Notes: generated by a model not told the origin, from the sequence alone. A stretch of DNA of 64,000 bases from the human T2T-CHM13v2.0 reference genome, Homo sapiens (GCF_009914755.1 NC_060927.1); one strand, 5' to 3'. Positions 26,081 to 43,633 are shown, counted from the first letter of the stretch. A program made the numbers and translations.

Positions 26081-26619
26081 CTACCAGGTTCTGTGGGACC
26101 TGGGCCCTGGCCTCAGAGGGGATGGGCCTCTGACTCAGACATGGCATAATCTACTGCTTCAAGGATGGGCTCCAGCAGGGTTGTGTGGCTTTAGCTGGGT
26201 CAATCAGAGTCCCTTCTGAAACCCTCCACGTGGAGGCAAGCTCCCTTTTGTCAGAAGGACCCCCAAGGCTGCCAGCAGGCTTGCCTCCCACCTTGTGTGA
26301 GCTGAAGAGGTAAGAAAGGGTGTCCAGGAGAGCACCCTGGGCTTCTCAGATTCTGGTTCCAACAGACTCCAGGTGGGCTCATCCGTGTTCTCCTGGTCAC
26401 GTGAGCCCATACGTCTTCTTCCCTCCATAAACCAGCTTAGGGTGGGCTTCTGCATGTATGTATTTCCTACTGTGTACCTGGTTCTACGTTGGGCTAGAAA
26501 TTACAGATGGGCCATTGCTCTCAAAGCACTTACATTATGTCAGAGGTTGAGGAAGCAATCCACAAGTAAACAAATGCATCATCAAATGACCTTCAGATAA
26601 TGGATGTGATTTCCTGGGA

Positions 26620-29334
26620 GGGAGTCCTAACTGAAGGCAGTGCTTTGGGAAGCTACTCTGCTGTTGTGACTGGCTAGACAGGGGAGTGATGACTGTAAGA
26701 ATTCTGCAACTGACTGTGTCTGACTGCAATGGGAAGCTTACAGAAACAAAATGACACACTCAGGGCTTTTAAATCTCATCTTATGATATGGTCAAAGAAT
26801 TAGCAAGCTTCTGTGATGTCCCTGAAACAATCTCCCTCCTTTGTAGCTACAGGGCTGATATAGCTGAAAATAAGACTCCAAATTTGATGATGGGGTTGCA
26901 GAGTTACAGCATAAATTGAATTCCCAGCCACGACAGGTCTGTTGTGGAGATGCCAGGGCACTGATGGGAAAGGAGGGGAAATCTGAGAGTTGGAACAAGG
27001 GCATGAATCTGAAAAACAGCTTTTCTTCCTGTCTGGAGAGATGAGTCTTCCCTTTCTTGAAAACCTCGTAATGAGCTCACATGGGTCAGTTTTGCAAGAA
27101 GATGCCAATTCTTCTCAAAATTTACCCCTATGCCCCCCTTGCCTTCAGAGCCCAGTATGCCCAGGAAGCAAGTCTGAAATTTGGCCCAGGAGAAGACAAT
27201 TTAGGGCTTCATTGGGTTTTCCTATGACTAGTTGCTGGAGGAAGTTGCCCCTGCTTTACAAGTACTTCTGCACATTATGGCAGCACCACCAGAACTGGAG
27301 GGCCACAGCACACCCTAGAAACTATGTCCCATTGATTGGATAGAGATATGGTCAGGGGTATGAATCTCTACTTATTCATGGCAGTGGCTAATGCTTTGGG
27401 ACTTGGAAAGAACAAGATTTTAGGACTGGTGGCTAAGAGCTCTGGGGAGGAGATATGTGGGCGGAAATCTCAAAATAGGCACAGAGACTGTGGGAATATT
27501 TATGTTTCCCAAGTGATTGCTCTCCAAAAGGAGAAGGGGTTCCTAGTCGTCAGGAACATGACATGTTCTGTGAATGTCAGCCAACCTCTTTCTGCAGACT
27601 CTAGCTCTTTCTCATGGAGGCAGTATATAAGGAAGCTATACATGGGCCAAGAAACATGGACTTTCCTCACTGATGCATATCTGGCTATTGCTCCTAGTAA
27701 ATGCTCAACCTATCAACAAAAAAGACTAGCATTAAGTCATGGATGTGGCACCATGCTGTGTGGGGACTAGCTAGCCACCTGCTGGCAGATTAACTATGTA
27801 GGACTCTACCTATCATCCTCAATGAAATAGATACTTCTTCTGGAGATGGATTTGCCATCTCTGCTTTCAAGACTTCTGCCAACCACATTACCTGCAGACT
27901 TATAAAAATGCTTTATTCACCATTGTGGTATCCTGAACAACATTTCTTCTGACCAAGGGACTTATTTTATGTAAAATATGTGCAGCAATGGACTCACAGC
28001 TCTAGATTTTACTCGTTTGCTACCTATATTGTTACCCAGAATCAGCTGAGATTACGGATCAAGGGTCAGCCAACTTTCTCCAAAGGGCCAGATAGTAAAT
28101 TTTAGTATTTTAGGCCTTATGGGACATACGGTCTCTGTCACAACTGCACAATTCTGCTGTCATAGTGTGAAAGTGGCCAGTGACGATGTAGAAGAGAATG
28201 GGCCTGGCTGTATGTCAATAAAGCTTTATTTACAAAAATAGGCAACAGGCCAGATTTGGCCATGGGCCAAAGTTTGCCAGTGCCTAATGTGAACTATTGG
28301 AATTGTGCACTGAAGACTCAACTGTGGGGCCAGCAAGAAGAATGCACCCTGCAAAGGCAGGGTGTTGTCCCATAGATTCTGGTCTGCACTTTGAAACTGT
28401 GCCCAATCAATTGTGCTGCTTTTCCCACAGGCAGAATCATGGGTCCAGGAATGAAGGGTAGATATGGGAGCAGCTCCTCCAGGCCCAGGCATGTGTTGGT
28501 GAAACTGTTGCTTTTCATCTCCACAGTTTTAGGCACTGCTGGTTTAGACACTATTTCCCAAGGGAGAAATGCTTCCAGCAGGGGCCACAGCAGTGGTTCC
28601 AATGGACTGGAAGTCAAGGCCACCCCCAGGGTGATGAGTTCTTTATGCCTCTGAGTCAACAGGTAAAGAAGAGGACTTTTCTATTGGCTGAGATGATTGG
28701 TCCTGCTCATCAAGGGGAAGTAGGTGTACTGCTGGTAAGGATGGGGAAGCTTATGTTGGAACCGAGGGCACTCTCTGGAGGACTTCTTATTAGTTCTATG
28801 TCTAGTAATAAAAGTTAGTGGAAGACTACTGCAACCCAATAACGTCAGGACCACGGAGAGTGCAGGTCCTTCAGGAAGGAATGGGAGTCACCCCATCAAT
28901 AAAGAACCACAACAGAAGGGCTGGCTGAAATGAAAGAGAGCTTGAAACAGACAGCAGGAGGAGGAGGTGATGAAAGGTCACTCTGGCCACACAGTCAGGT
29001 ACAGCATCAAGGATGGTCATGCCACTTTCCTTCGCTTGCTATGTCTTTATTCATATATATTTACAAGTTATTTCTTTGTCCCCTGCTCTTTTATATAAGG
29101 CATGTTTGTGATGTCTAACTTAAAATTAGCCTTGTGCCAAAGAATATTCGGGTTAGATGGTGACTGAACTGGAAGGCTGCCTAAAGATGATCTGACCCCC
29201 TTTTCCATCCAGGGGCAGGAATGTCTTGGTTTGTGCAAGGGATTATTGTAAGCATGCTCCTGTCTTTGCTGCTTTTGTATGGAAGCGTGAAGAAGTGTAA
29301 AAGGTGAGAATGGCATGGTGCTGAGGATGGGGAC
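26620..29334 (+). pseudogene. Decayed, internally deleted ERVL proviral internal region: gag (~26850-27150), RNaseH (~27370-27530), integrase (~27680-28330), dUTPase (~28530-28735)
   Basis: Frameshifted ERVL motifs: gag 'RADIAENKTPNL...VAELQHKLNSQP'; RNaseH 'SWAVAN...W..I' (atggcagtggctaatg); integrase 'KCSTYQQ', 'ATCWQINYVG', 'IDTSSGDGFA', 'NISSDQGTYF'; dUTPase 'GTAGLD...GEMLPAG...LAEMIGPAHQGEVGVLL'. PPT-like 'gaggatggggac' precedes the LTR. Confidence 0.85.
28060..28286 (-). mobile_element. MER58A inserted in the ERVL integrase
   Basis: 'aagggccagatagtaaat...acggtctctgtcacaact...aataaagctttatttacaaaaataggcaacaggccagatttggcc'. Confidence 0.88.
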
Positions 29335-30302
<968 letters not shown>

Positions 30303-30985
30303 CTGAGTATGACAGGGTCAGGGGTCCTTTAGCAGGATGGTCAGGGAAGGTTCCCCAAAGAGGTGACATTGGAACTGACATATAACCGACAAGAAGACAA
30401 CCATGCTGAGGTCTGGCTTCAGGGGACATGTTTGTACATATATCCCCTATGCATGGGCAAACAGAAAGATTCCTAGAAATGGAATTGCTGGGTCAAAGGG
30501 AATATAGATTTCATATTTTGGTAGCTACTGTCAAAATACCATTTAGAATGGCATAGCAATTAACAGTCCCACAAACAAAGCATGCACTCTTCCATATTAA
30601 TCACTTTTTCATCTATTTCAAGATGTCTACTATATGCCAAAAGCTGTGCTTGTGTTGTGTGTGGAGGGAGGTGGGGTGGGGTAATGGTAAAGAGGAAAGG
30701 ATGAGAAGAATACAGACATGGAAGATAAATCTTTTACCTTTGAGGAACTCATCCCCTGTGGGGGACAGGCCTGTGACAGCTGCAGCTGCTGCCACGACTT
30801 CCTTCCATTCTTCTTCCTAATCAGTAGCCAGCTTGCAAGAGCCCAGGACATAGTCTGCAGGCTTCTAGCCTCCCAGCCACGTGGAAGAGAGCACGGAGGG
30901 CCAGAGCAGGGTTGATGGTGCATGCACCTCCCAGCACAGTCTACCTCTTGGACTCCGCAGCATCCATTCCACCCTCTTAGCCCCA

Positions 30986-31315
30986 CTGTAGTCCACCCCC
31001 TTATCCATGGGGGATGCTTTCCAAGACCCAGTGGATGCCTGAAACCACAAATGGTACCAAACCCTATGTACACTACGTTTTTTCCTAACATATATTCTTA
31101 TGGTAAATTTTAATTTATAAATTAGACACAGTAAGAGATTAACAACAATGACTAATAATAAAATTGAACAATTATAACAATATACTCTAATAAAAGTAGT
31201 GTGAATGTGGTTTCTCTCTCTCTCTGAAAATATATATCAATATTTTTGGATGGCAGTTGACCACAGGTAACTGAAATCATGAAAAGCAAAAACTGCAGAT
31301 AAGAAGGGACTATGG
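30986..31315 (+). mobile_element. MER44A (TcMar-Tigger) MITE
   Basis: TIRs 'ctgtagtccacccccttatcc' and 'gataagaagggactatgg'; internal 'cagtggatgcctgaaacc...cacagtaagagattaacaac'. Confidence 0.88.
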
Positions 31316-32069
31316 TATTTACATTTCCACATAAAAATAAAAATGCCAACACCATGTTTCCACTTCATGTGCTGCAACCGCTCCTGTACAGGTGAAGGCA
31401 CTCTCCCCTCTTCCCTTCTCCCACAAAGAGGGAGTGAAGTGAAGAATCAGGCATCAGGCAGACTTCCTGGATGGAAGGGCATTTGAGCTGGGCTTGAGGG
31501 ATGAGCAGGTCTCCTACAAGCATAAGAAGGAAAGAATATTTGGAATAGAGGGAAGGAAGCCCTGCAGAGCGTAGTTTGAAACCCGCTGGTCCCAAGCAGA
31601 GGCAGATGTAGCTGAGGAGTCTGTCAGGCTGGAGAAAACTGGCCCTCACCCTCACTCCTGCGTTTGCACTTCGTGTTAGAAGGCTTTCGTGTTATTTTAT
31701 TTGACCCTTACAAGTTTTCTGGGGTCTCCCATCACCTTTGCTCTCATGGTTGGACTGCTGTTATGTGCTAGGCTGCAAGTAAAAGGACTCCAGCCCCTGT
31801 GGCTTAAACAATACAAGAACTTATGATTTTACATGAGAAGTCAAAGGGCAGAGCTGTTTTAGGCCAGTTACTTCAGCCGCCACGTCATTGAGGACTCAGA
31901 TCTTCCCCTTTCTCTTCTCTGGAAGAGCTCCTCGCAGGCTCTTTGTGGATGAAGGTAAAGCTTGGACATCCTTTTTAGGAGCCTTCAGCTTCTGAGCTTT
32001 TCTGAATGTGAGTCTGCAGAGCAGGGCAGATGTTTGTTCTTTAAGAAGCAGAAGAGGAAATGATGGTTC

Positions 32070-32280
32070 TAGGTAGGTCTCAGCCTCAGCAGTACTGATA
32101 TTTGGGGCGAGATGATGTTTGTTGTGGGGCTGTCCAGTGCATTGTAGGTTGTTTAGCAGCATCCTTGGCCTGTATTCACTAAATATCAGTAGTGGCTTCA
32201 CCCCCAATGTGACAACCAGAAATGCCCAGACATGGCCAGTTCCCCAGGGGGACAATATCCCCCTGAATGAGAAGCACAGG
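32070..32280. mobile_element. MER20 hAT-Charlie
   Basis: 'ttgttgtggggctgtccagtgcattgtaggttgtttagcagcatccttggcct...gtgacaaccagaaatg'. Confidence 0.9.
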
Positions 32281-32352
32281 GATGTGTTACTTCCCCAGGA
32301 CAAAAACCTTAGAAGTGGAACTATGAGATGCAAGGGTGTGAACATTTTCTTA

Positions 32353-32672
<320 letters not shown>

Positions 32673-32679
32673 ATTTCTA

Positions 32680-35800
<3,121 letters not shown>

Positions 35801-36109
35801 ATTCAAGAGTAAAACACGGCATATATTGAAGTCCTCCTGTTTAAGACTACTATTAGGATATTTTGGTTGCAAGAGACTGACATTCCCAATGAAATGGCCT
35901 TAATTCCAAGTGGAATGCTTCAGCTCCCATAAGTGCCGAACCTAGGGGTACATCAGCTTCTGACAAGGCCACTCTGGGGTTCACCTTTAGTGACGTGCAT
36001 TTATGATCGTATAATTATCTGCTTGGCTGTCTGCCCCCATTGGTGGTGGGCTTGCTCAGTGAGCCTGTCAGGAGTGCTTCCGGCTGACCAGCAGTGCACT
36101 CAGGTGTAG

Positions 36110-36550
36110 GCATATTTGATGGTCATGTAACAGCTGTAAATCAGAAGCCAGGCAGTTGCATGGGTCTGAGTGAAGGGACTGTTTACAGAGGCCTGGACAG
36201 GGTCCCAAGGACTCACAGGGGACATGGAGGCACCCAGAAGTTAGCAATGCTACGAGCTGTTCCCACTCCAGGCCTGAAGGTCTAGGGAAGGAAACAGTGT
36301 TGCCAGAGCTCAGGGGAGGAGTCCCAGACAGAAGGTGCCGCTGGGAGAGAAGGGTGCAGCCTCTCCTGATAAGGGTGCCCAGAGCAGGGAGGGATGGGAG
36401 CCAACACCCCAGCCTCTTTCACTTCCCTGCAATCTCTCTCCAGCACCCACACTGGCCAGTGTCGCTGAGAGGCAGCCAAGCTGGCTGGAGTCTGCAGGGG
36501 TCGGCCTTCTGAGCCCTGGGTGTCTGGGTGGGGGTATGGAGAGTAACCAG
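36110..36550 (-). mobile_element. ERVL LTR33-like
   Basis: 'aagggactgtttacagagg...ggaggcacccagaagttagcaa...ccaggcctgaagg...caatctctctccagcacccacactggcc'. Confidence 0.65.
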
Positions 36551-36589
36551 CCGGGGCGGCTTCAGAGAGCTGACAAAACCAGCGTGCAT

Positions 36590-36883
36590 GTGCCAGGTGT
36601 GGTGCTTTATGCCAGCACTGTGGGAGGCTGAGGTGGCCAGATCACTTGTGGTCAGGAGTTCGAGACCAGCCTGGCCAACATGGGGAGACCCCGTCTCTAC
36701 TAACAATACAAAAATTAGCCAGGTATGATGGCGCACGATTGTAATACCATCTACTTGGGAGGCTGAGGTGGGAGGATCCCTTGAACCCAGGGTGCAGAGG
36801 TTGCATTGAGCCAAGATTGTGCTACTGCGCTCCAGCTTGGGTGACAGAGCGAGACTCTATCCCCCCAGCACCCCTCTAAAAAA
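36590..36883 (+). mobile_element. Alu (diverged, J/S)
   Basis: Alu dimer 'ccaggtgtggtg...ggtcaggagttcgagaccagcctggccaacatgg...gtgacagagcgagactct'. Confidence 0.93.
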
Positions 36884-37314
36884 ACCAGGGTCCATGTGAG
36901 TGTCTCTGCCTTCTCCTGCCTTCTCTCCATGGTGGGGGGAATGCCGGCCGCAGCTCCAAGCCTCCCACGATCCTGTGACACGCTCCCCCCCAGGGAGACA
37001 TAGGGTGGACACAAAGGCCTGCCTGTGTTATTGTGTGTTGCACTAGGGGAGAAGCTTTCCCAGAGACCCCCAGCCAACTTCCCTAGGCAGCGTTGGCCAC
37101 AGCTGGGTCACAAGCCCACCACACTTTCCCAGCTACAGGTCAACACGATTGAGTGCCCTGATCACCTTAGACCATCATGATCCACACCAGGGCTCTTAAG
37201 CCACCCTCTCTGGCCCAGGCCCACCGAAGGGTACTGCAGGGTTAGCAATTCTCAGGCCCCATCCTGCTTACTTGCCTGCAGGAGTTGACATGATCTCTCT
37301 TCTCTGTTGTTTTT

Positions 37315-37730
37315 CTTAAATTGGCTTTATTGAGGTAGAGTTTACTTACAGTAAAATGCACTCATTGGAAGCGTACAATTTAATGAGTTTTTACAAAAGC
37401 ACTCATACTTGTAACAACTGCCACATCGAGCTACAGAACACTGGCAACAGCCCAAAAAGTCCCCTGGAGCCCACCTGCAGTCAGTTCCCACCCTGAAACC
37501 ATAGCCCTGGGGAGCCAAAGATCTGCTTTCTGTCACTAGGATTATTTTGCATTTTCTAGAATTGCATATAAATGGAATCCTATGGTCTGTGTTCTTTTGT
37601 GTAGAGCTTCTTTTGTCAGCACGATGGTGTGAGAGTCACCGGTGTTGTGGCTTGTATCAGCAGCTGATCCCTTCTTACTGAGGGTGGCTTTTCACTGCAC
37701 GAACCTGTCACTGCTGTTTATCCACTTCTT
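37315..37730 (-). mobile_element. L1MB/MC 3' end
   Basis: 'ctttattgaggtag...cagtaaaatgcac...ttttctagaattgcatataaatggaatc'. Confidence 0.82.
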
Positions 37731-37829
37731 CCATTTTGAAGCAGTTTCTTGGCTTCTAGAGAAACCCTCCTTTTCTCGTTTATCTCCTCTCCCTGACCTC
37801 TTAACCTGGGGGTTCCCAGGGTTCAGGCA

Positions 37830-39070
37830 GGTCCTTTCTTGTACTCGCCCAGTTTCAGGGCTTCACATGCCTTCTAGAGGCAGACCTCCAAATCTCAACC
37901 TGCCACCAGTCCTCATGACTTGCGCACACAGATGTCTCCTAACAGCTCCCACTGCACACGCCTGCATGATTTTCTTCTCCCTGCTGTGACAAATGACCAC
38001 AAACTTCACTGCTGAAGCAAAACAAATGTGTCCTTTCATAGTTCTGGAAGCCAGAAGTAGTGGCGTCAGGGTGTTGGCAGGTGGTTTTTCTGGATGGAGG
38101 ACGAGCTTCTAGAGGCCGCCTCCATCCTTGGCTCGTGGCCCCTGCCTCCTTCTTCAAAGCCAGCAGCGTAGCATCCTCAAAGGTCCCTTTCTGACTCTGA
38201 CCCTCTGGCCTCCCTCTTATAAGGACCCACTTTGTAATCACATTGGGCCATCTGAATAATCCAGTATAATTTCCCAATCTCAAGATCCATAACTTAATCA
38301 TACCTGCAAAGTCCCATTTGCCACAAAGGTGATATATTCTGGGGACTGGGACAGGGATATCGCTGGGGGTCATGATTCCACCTTCAACCATGTCCAGATA
38401 AAACCCTAGAACTCTGACCTTCCCTCCACCGGCTCTTCCCATTTCAGACATTGCTCCTGGCTGGCCTGACCTCCCCTCACCCTCACCAGCCCATCAGCAA
38501 CATCTCTTGGCCCTCTCTCTGAAATACACCCAGGACCCAAACACTCACTCCTCTCACTGGCGCTGGCCCAGGCCTGCACAGCTTTCACCTGGGCTAATGA
38601 GCTAGCCTTTGTTGGCCTCCCTGCATTCCAGCTCCTGTCTCACTCAGGGTCAAAGCCAGGGCCTCAGAGTGGCCTGTCCAGCCTCACAGGGGGGGCCTCT
38701 GTGCCTTTTGGGCCTTCTTTTCAGCCCCCTCCCGTCCCCCACTGAATGGGGCAGGCAGCCCCTTGCTCCTGTCTGCGTGGTGCTCCTTCTGCCTGGAGCC
38801 CCTCACCTCCTTTCAAGGGGGCCTTCCTACTCCACCCCCACCGCTGCCTGCTGGCTTGGTCCCCTCCTTGCTCTGGGCTACTTTCGCCAGCATCGAGCTT
38901 CTCATGCATGTGTCCTCTGCTCACCGCCCATCTTTCCCATTAGAAGGAAAGTCTCATGAAGGCGGACTCTCCACCCGTGTTGTTTACCCGTGTATCCTGA
39001 GTGGCATTCAGCTCCACAACACGATGGAGGCTCAGCACACATTCACTGAACCGGTGAACCAGGGATGGAC
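37830..39070 (+). mobile_element. L2 3' region, split by MLT1
   Basis: 'cagacctccaaatct...', 'ttagaaggaaagtctcatgaaggcggac...ggaggctcagcacacattcactgaa'. Confidence 0.55.
37965..38390 (-). mobile_element. MLT1C/D MaLR LTR
   Basis: 'ctgctgtgacaaatgaccacaaact...gttctggaagccagaagt...tccttggctcgtggccc...ttaatcatacctgcaaagtccc'. Confidence 0.88.
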
Positions 39071-39371
39071 ATCACCCGGGGCTCAGGGCAGCCAGATCTT
39101 CTCAGGGGAAGGCGGCCGGCACAGGCTTGCCTTCCTGGGAGGTGGAGTGAGGACAGGGCTTCCTGTGGGGAGGAGCTCAGTGAGTGGGATGGTGGCCCTC
39201 AGAGCTGGGCTTCTGCTGGGGTGGGGTCTGGACCCGGGGATGAGGTGAGACTGGAAGCAGGAGCTGGGAGAAGGAGGCTGCCCTAGGCAGCTGAGGAGGA
39301 GGGAGAACATGCTACAGGGCTGGGATATTGGGGGCTGGGGAGGGGCCTCTTCATGAGAGCTGTGCTGCCCA

Positions 39372-39760
39372 TGGTGTGTGTGTGAACGGGTGCATGTGGG
39401 TGCCTGTGTGGACATGCCTGTTGGGGGGAGCGTCTGCTCATGGTGCCCACAGGCGTGCTTCTGGCAGTGTGTGTCTGGAGGTGTGATTTGTGTGCATGTG
39501 TGTGTCCTTGTATATTTATGGAGCATCTGTGTGTGTGCATGTGTGTCTGTGTCCATGTGCATATGTGCATTCATACATGAGTGTGTCTGAGTGTGCCTTG
39601 GTGTCTGGGAGTGAGCGCGTCACCATGCATCTTTCTATCTGGATGTCTGTGCACATGTATAAATGTGTGTGTGTCTGGAAGTAAGCATGTGAGTGAGTAA
39701 GAGTCTGCATGTCCTGCTGTGCCCCCGGGCTGGGCATCTGTATGTGGTGTGGTGGCTAGC
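39372..39760. repeat. TG-rich low-complexity tract
   Basis: Degenerate (TG)n/(TGCA)n. Confidence 0.85.
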
Positions 39761-39779
39761 CGTGCATGGTCATGTCTGG

Positions 39780-40530
39780 CCCCACGCGTGGCCCCGGAGG
39801 GTACACATTTGTGTCCATGCACGCGGTGCCTCTGCAGCCAGGCTGCAGCCAGGCCCTGCCAGCCCGCTCCCCTCCCGCGTCGGGCTGACGGCTGCCTGGG
39901 GCAGGTCTGAGGAGCCAGAGAACTCTTCGCGCTGTCACTGTTAGGGAAATCTGTGTCATCAGGCGCAGGACTGGAAAACAGCCAGCGCAGGGGGCCCTTG
40001 AGCCCGAGCCCTCCCCGCCCGCGCTGTCACCAGGGCCACGGGGCTCGGGTTAACTGATCGCAGGGAAAAACCCATTAAGCGCCTGCCTCTCCCAGTCATC
40101 CGTTATCGCGCGGACGGTCGCTCTTCTTCACGTAATTGGAGAAACTTTTCCCATTACCCGCTGTCTCTGCGAGGCGGCTCTCCCGCCCCCGCACCCTCCC
40201 CGCGGCCCCTCTGCCGTCACGCGGGTTCTTTTCCTCCTCCTTAAGAGGCTGACCTAATTTCCACTCTTTGTCATTTTCTCCCGACCAAACTCGGAGTCGG
40301 CTTTCTCCAGGAGCTGCTAGGAGCCTGGGCTCCCACTGAGCAATCCAGAGCAGCGTCTCCATTTCCTGGGCTCTCCAGGCCATCGCAGCCCCCGGCCCTG
40401 CCACGCACCGGCGCAGCCCCTGCACTCGGGCGGCCCTGCCTCGGCGGGATGAGTTCGTCCGAGGTGCATACAAGATGAGAAACAGAGCGCCGGGTTGCAG
40501 TGCCAGGCACCGAGCTGGGCTCCCCGAAGG
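39780..40530. promoter_or_regulatory. CpG island-like element (orphan CGI / enhancer or lncRNA promoter)
   Basis: GC-rich with dense CpG (e.g. 'ccgttatcgcgcggacggtcg') against a CpG-depleted background; not repeat-derived; no CDS follows. Confidence 0.75.
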
Positions 40531-41639
40531 CAGGCTCCAGTCCCTCTTCCCTGCTTCTTTCCGTGGGAAGGCAGAGCTGACTGTGGTTTCCAGAGGGGCA
40601 GCAGCAAAAACGAAAACATACTGTCCTCCTCCAGCGGCTGGGTCCTACCTGGGGAGGGCCTGTGTTCTTCACCAGCCTGGCCCCCAACCCCAGAGGGGAG
40701 CCCGGACAGAGGTTTTCTCTTGCTGCCTGGGTGCCTGAAGTTGGCAGATTGGCCTCCCAGGGACCTTGCTGCACCCTTGCCCCGCCTTGAGTCAGCCTCT
40801 GCACCTCTTAGCGTCCCTGGGAGGAACCCCCTCCCTGGCACCCATCGTGCGCACTGCGACCTGGACAATGCCCCAGCCAGCGTCAGTTCTGCTCCCTGTG
40901 AGAGGCACGGACCAGGCATGGTCCTGACTGCGGCTGGGTTCCCTGGGGTATGTGAGTGCCCGTGGGCCCCGTGGGAGGGGGTGTCCCACCCAGTGCCTCA
41001 GGCCTGGAAGCCAGGGTAGAGCCTCAGTGGACACAGCCTCATGGCAGAGGAGCTGCAGGAACGCCCTTGGACCTTTCTGCTTCCCGAGGGAGGCAGACTT
41101 ATGGGGAACTGAGCTGGAGAGGGCCTCCATAGCTCAGTCCACACCCTGATGCCAGCCTCCCAGGAGGCTCTGGTGGGTGAGACCCGAGAGTGCAGGTTGC
41201 CAGCAATTTGGGAACTTTCCTGGGATTTCATTCAGCTTCTCCCTGACCTCCTAACCTGATTCCCTGACCCTCTGACCCCTACCTCCTGGACCTTAGGTAA
41301 CCATTGCCACAATCCCTGCCCTGCAGACCTCCACACCAGCCTCTTTCCCCCCCTGTGCCCCGCCTCCCTGCACTGCCAGAATGTTGCTCCTGGCCCTGGG
41401 CTAGGAGATGGCTCTGGCCGTGTCCACTTGTGACTGGGTTCGCTAGTGCCCCTGGATTCTGTCCCTCTGGGGAGGGTCAGTCATGGTTCCTCTGTCCCCC
41501 AGCTCATCCTCACCTGGTGCCACCTGATGCCCATTGGCACCCACAGTTTCAGTCCTAAACTTGGAGCAGGAGGGCAGGCTGCCCCCTGTGGGTCCCAGCC
41601 CATTTGCAGATCGCTTATTCTCTTTGGAGAGTGGGTTTC

Positions 41640-41880
41640 TGCTTTGCTTTTTGACGTTTCTATTGACATCTAAGTTCCATGCAGTAAGCTTGCAATCTTT
41701 CATGCACCACATGGGTGACGTCATCCAGGCCCAGAGAGAGAACACTGCCTGCACCTGTGAGGTCACTTGTGGCACCGCTAGGGAAATATCTGCCACACAG
41801 GCCAACCACTATTCTGGCAGGAGGTTAGCGCTGCCTGCCCTTGACCTTCATGGATGCGGACGCAACCAATAGGAGCCCAT
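41640..41880. promoter_or_regulatory. Candidate regulatory element with a full CRE and a CCAAT box
   Basis: TGACGTCA at 41716-41723, TGACG at ~41652, CCAAT at 41866-41870. Confidence 0.4.
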
Positions 41881-42404
41881 TTGTATCTGGCCTCTCTCAC
41901 CACACCTCATGCCTGCTCACAATGCCTAGCTGATAGCCAGCCTGTGCCAGGAGACCTCGGGGCTCCTCTGCTTCTGCAGGACGGGCTCAGTTGACTAGCA
42001 TTGGGCACTTGGGAGGGCATCTGAAAAACATGCCATTGGGATGTCTCCACCACATCTCTCATAACCCCTCCTGGTGCTCAGAAACCCCCCCACCCCCACT
42101 GTCCACACTGATGGGCTGGTCCATCTAGCACTGGCCTCACATATGGCATTCCCCCTCAGGCACTGTGCCCCTGGGCCTGCTATGGGCCCACCACTCCTGC
42201 CCAGCTGGCCTGGCTTTCAGGTGCCGTGGATGCAGCCTCCTCAAACCCTCATCTCGGGCTCTGACTGACTCATGACCAGAGTCACTAATTTTGCCTTTCT
42301 AAATATTGACAACTGCGTGATGTGAGCTTTGACCAAGCAGAACAGACACGGTGGGTGTCAAATGCCAGCCTGCTAGTGTCCCAACTCCTCCATGCCAGCT
42401 CCCA

Positions 42405-42540
42405 GCACATGCACACACAGGCACACAGACACACATGTGCACATGTACTCACAAGCACACATGTAACACCCTCCCACTCACACACCCACAGATGCACATG
42501 CACGTACACAGACACACATGCATGCACACAGACATATGCT
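42405..42540. repeat. CA-rich low-complexity tract
   Basis: Read directly from the sequence. Confidence 0.85.
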
Positions 42541-43633
42541 CTGCTGCGACCCTTTCAGTTCCTTGGGGCCACTTCAGCAGGTCTAACTCCTGCCCCTGTG
42601 GCTGCCTCTCCTCCAGAGTAGGTCAGAGTGGATGTGGCCTCAGTTGCCTCATCTGTGCTTGAGGAGGATTGGACCAGCTGCTCTCTGAGGCACTCTGGCA
42701 AACTAGCCACATTGTCTGGGGCACTTCCTTCCCTTACTGCCACCAGTTCCTGGGCCTCAGTTTCCACGTCTCTGTAACTGATCTCCCAGCTCAAAGTCTG
42801 CGTCCCAGTGCACTGAGTGCGTGTGCAGCACCCTGGGTGGCAGAGGATCAGAGCCTTGAGCCTGAGGGTGTGGGTCTTGGAGGGTGCCCCGCCTGGGCCT
42901 CTCAGGAGGCCTGGGGGGACGTGGCCACATGTTGTTCTTGCGGAGCGCAGACCAGGTCAAAGCCTCTGCACACTCTAATCCCTTGGTGGAGCCTCTCACC
43001 GGCCTCACCCAGATAATGCCTCAGATTGGGATGCCTTGGTCCCCAGGGAAAGCTCCCCTTGCCTCCCAGAACAGGTGAGATGCCCACCTGGGGGCCTTAC
43101 AGGCCTGTGCCCATGGCTGGGCCACCTCAGTGGAGCTGTGATCTGTAGCTGATGACCTGATGGGCCCGCCTGTCTTCCCTGAGACACAGCTCTGTTCAGG
43201 CTGGGCTGGCTGTTTCTGCTTACCCATGCGTCCCCAGAGCTTGGCAGTGCCTGCCACAGTAGGTGCCCATGACGACTCACTGGCTGGGTGGAGCAGCCCA
43301 GCAGTGGCTCCTGGCCAAAAAGGGACTGGGAGGCTCCCCAGCAGGCAGCCCGTGTGATTCTCTTCCGAGGCTGCTTTGGCCCCACCAACATTGCTGGGCT
43401 CTGCCAGGGGCGGTAGACGTCAGCTGAGCTAAGAGGGATCCTCGAAGTGACAGGTGCTTCTTAGCTCCGGGCGTGCTCCAGGCGCGCCCCGGGCCCAGGC
43501 TGAATTGGCTGGTACAGCAGCCCCTGTTTCCTGGGCTAATTAGGGAAAGAGGGCTGGGAAGGGAGGGGCCAGAAGTGAGAGACGCTCTATTCTGGGCTCA
43601 GACCAAAGGCAGCGAGGCTCACTTGTGAGAATG

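Noticed and set aside
40096-41130. Coding first exon at the CpG island
   Set aside because: Several mutually overlapping ORFs typical of GC-rich DNA; none resembles a known protein.
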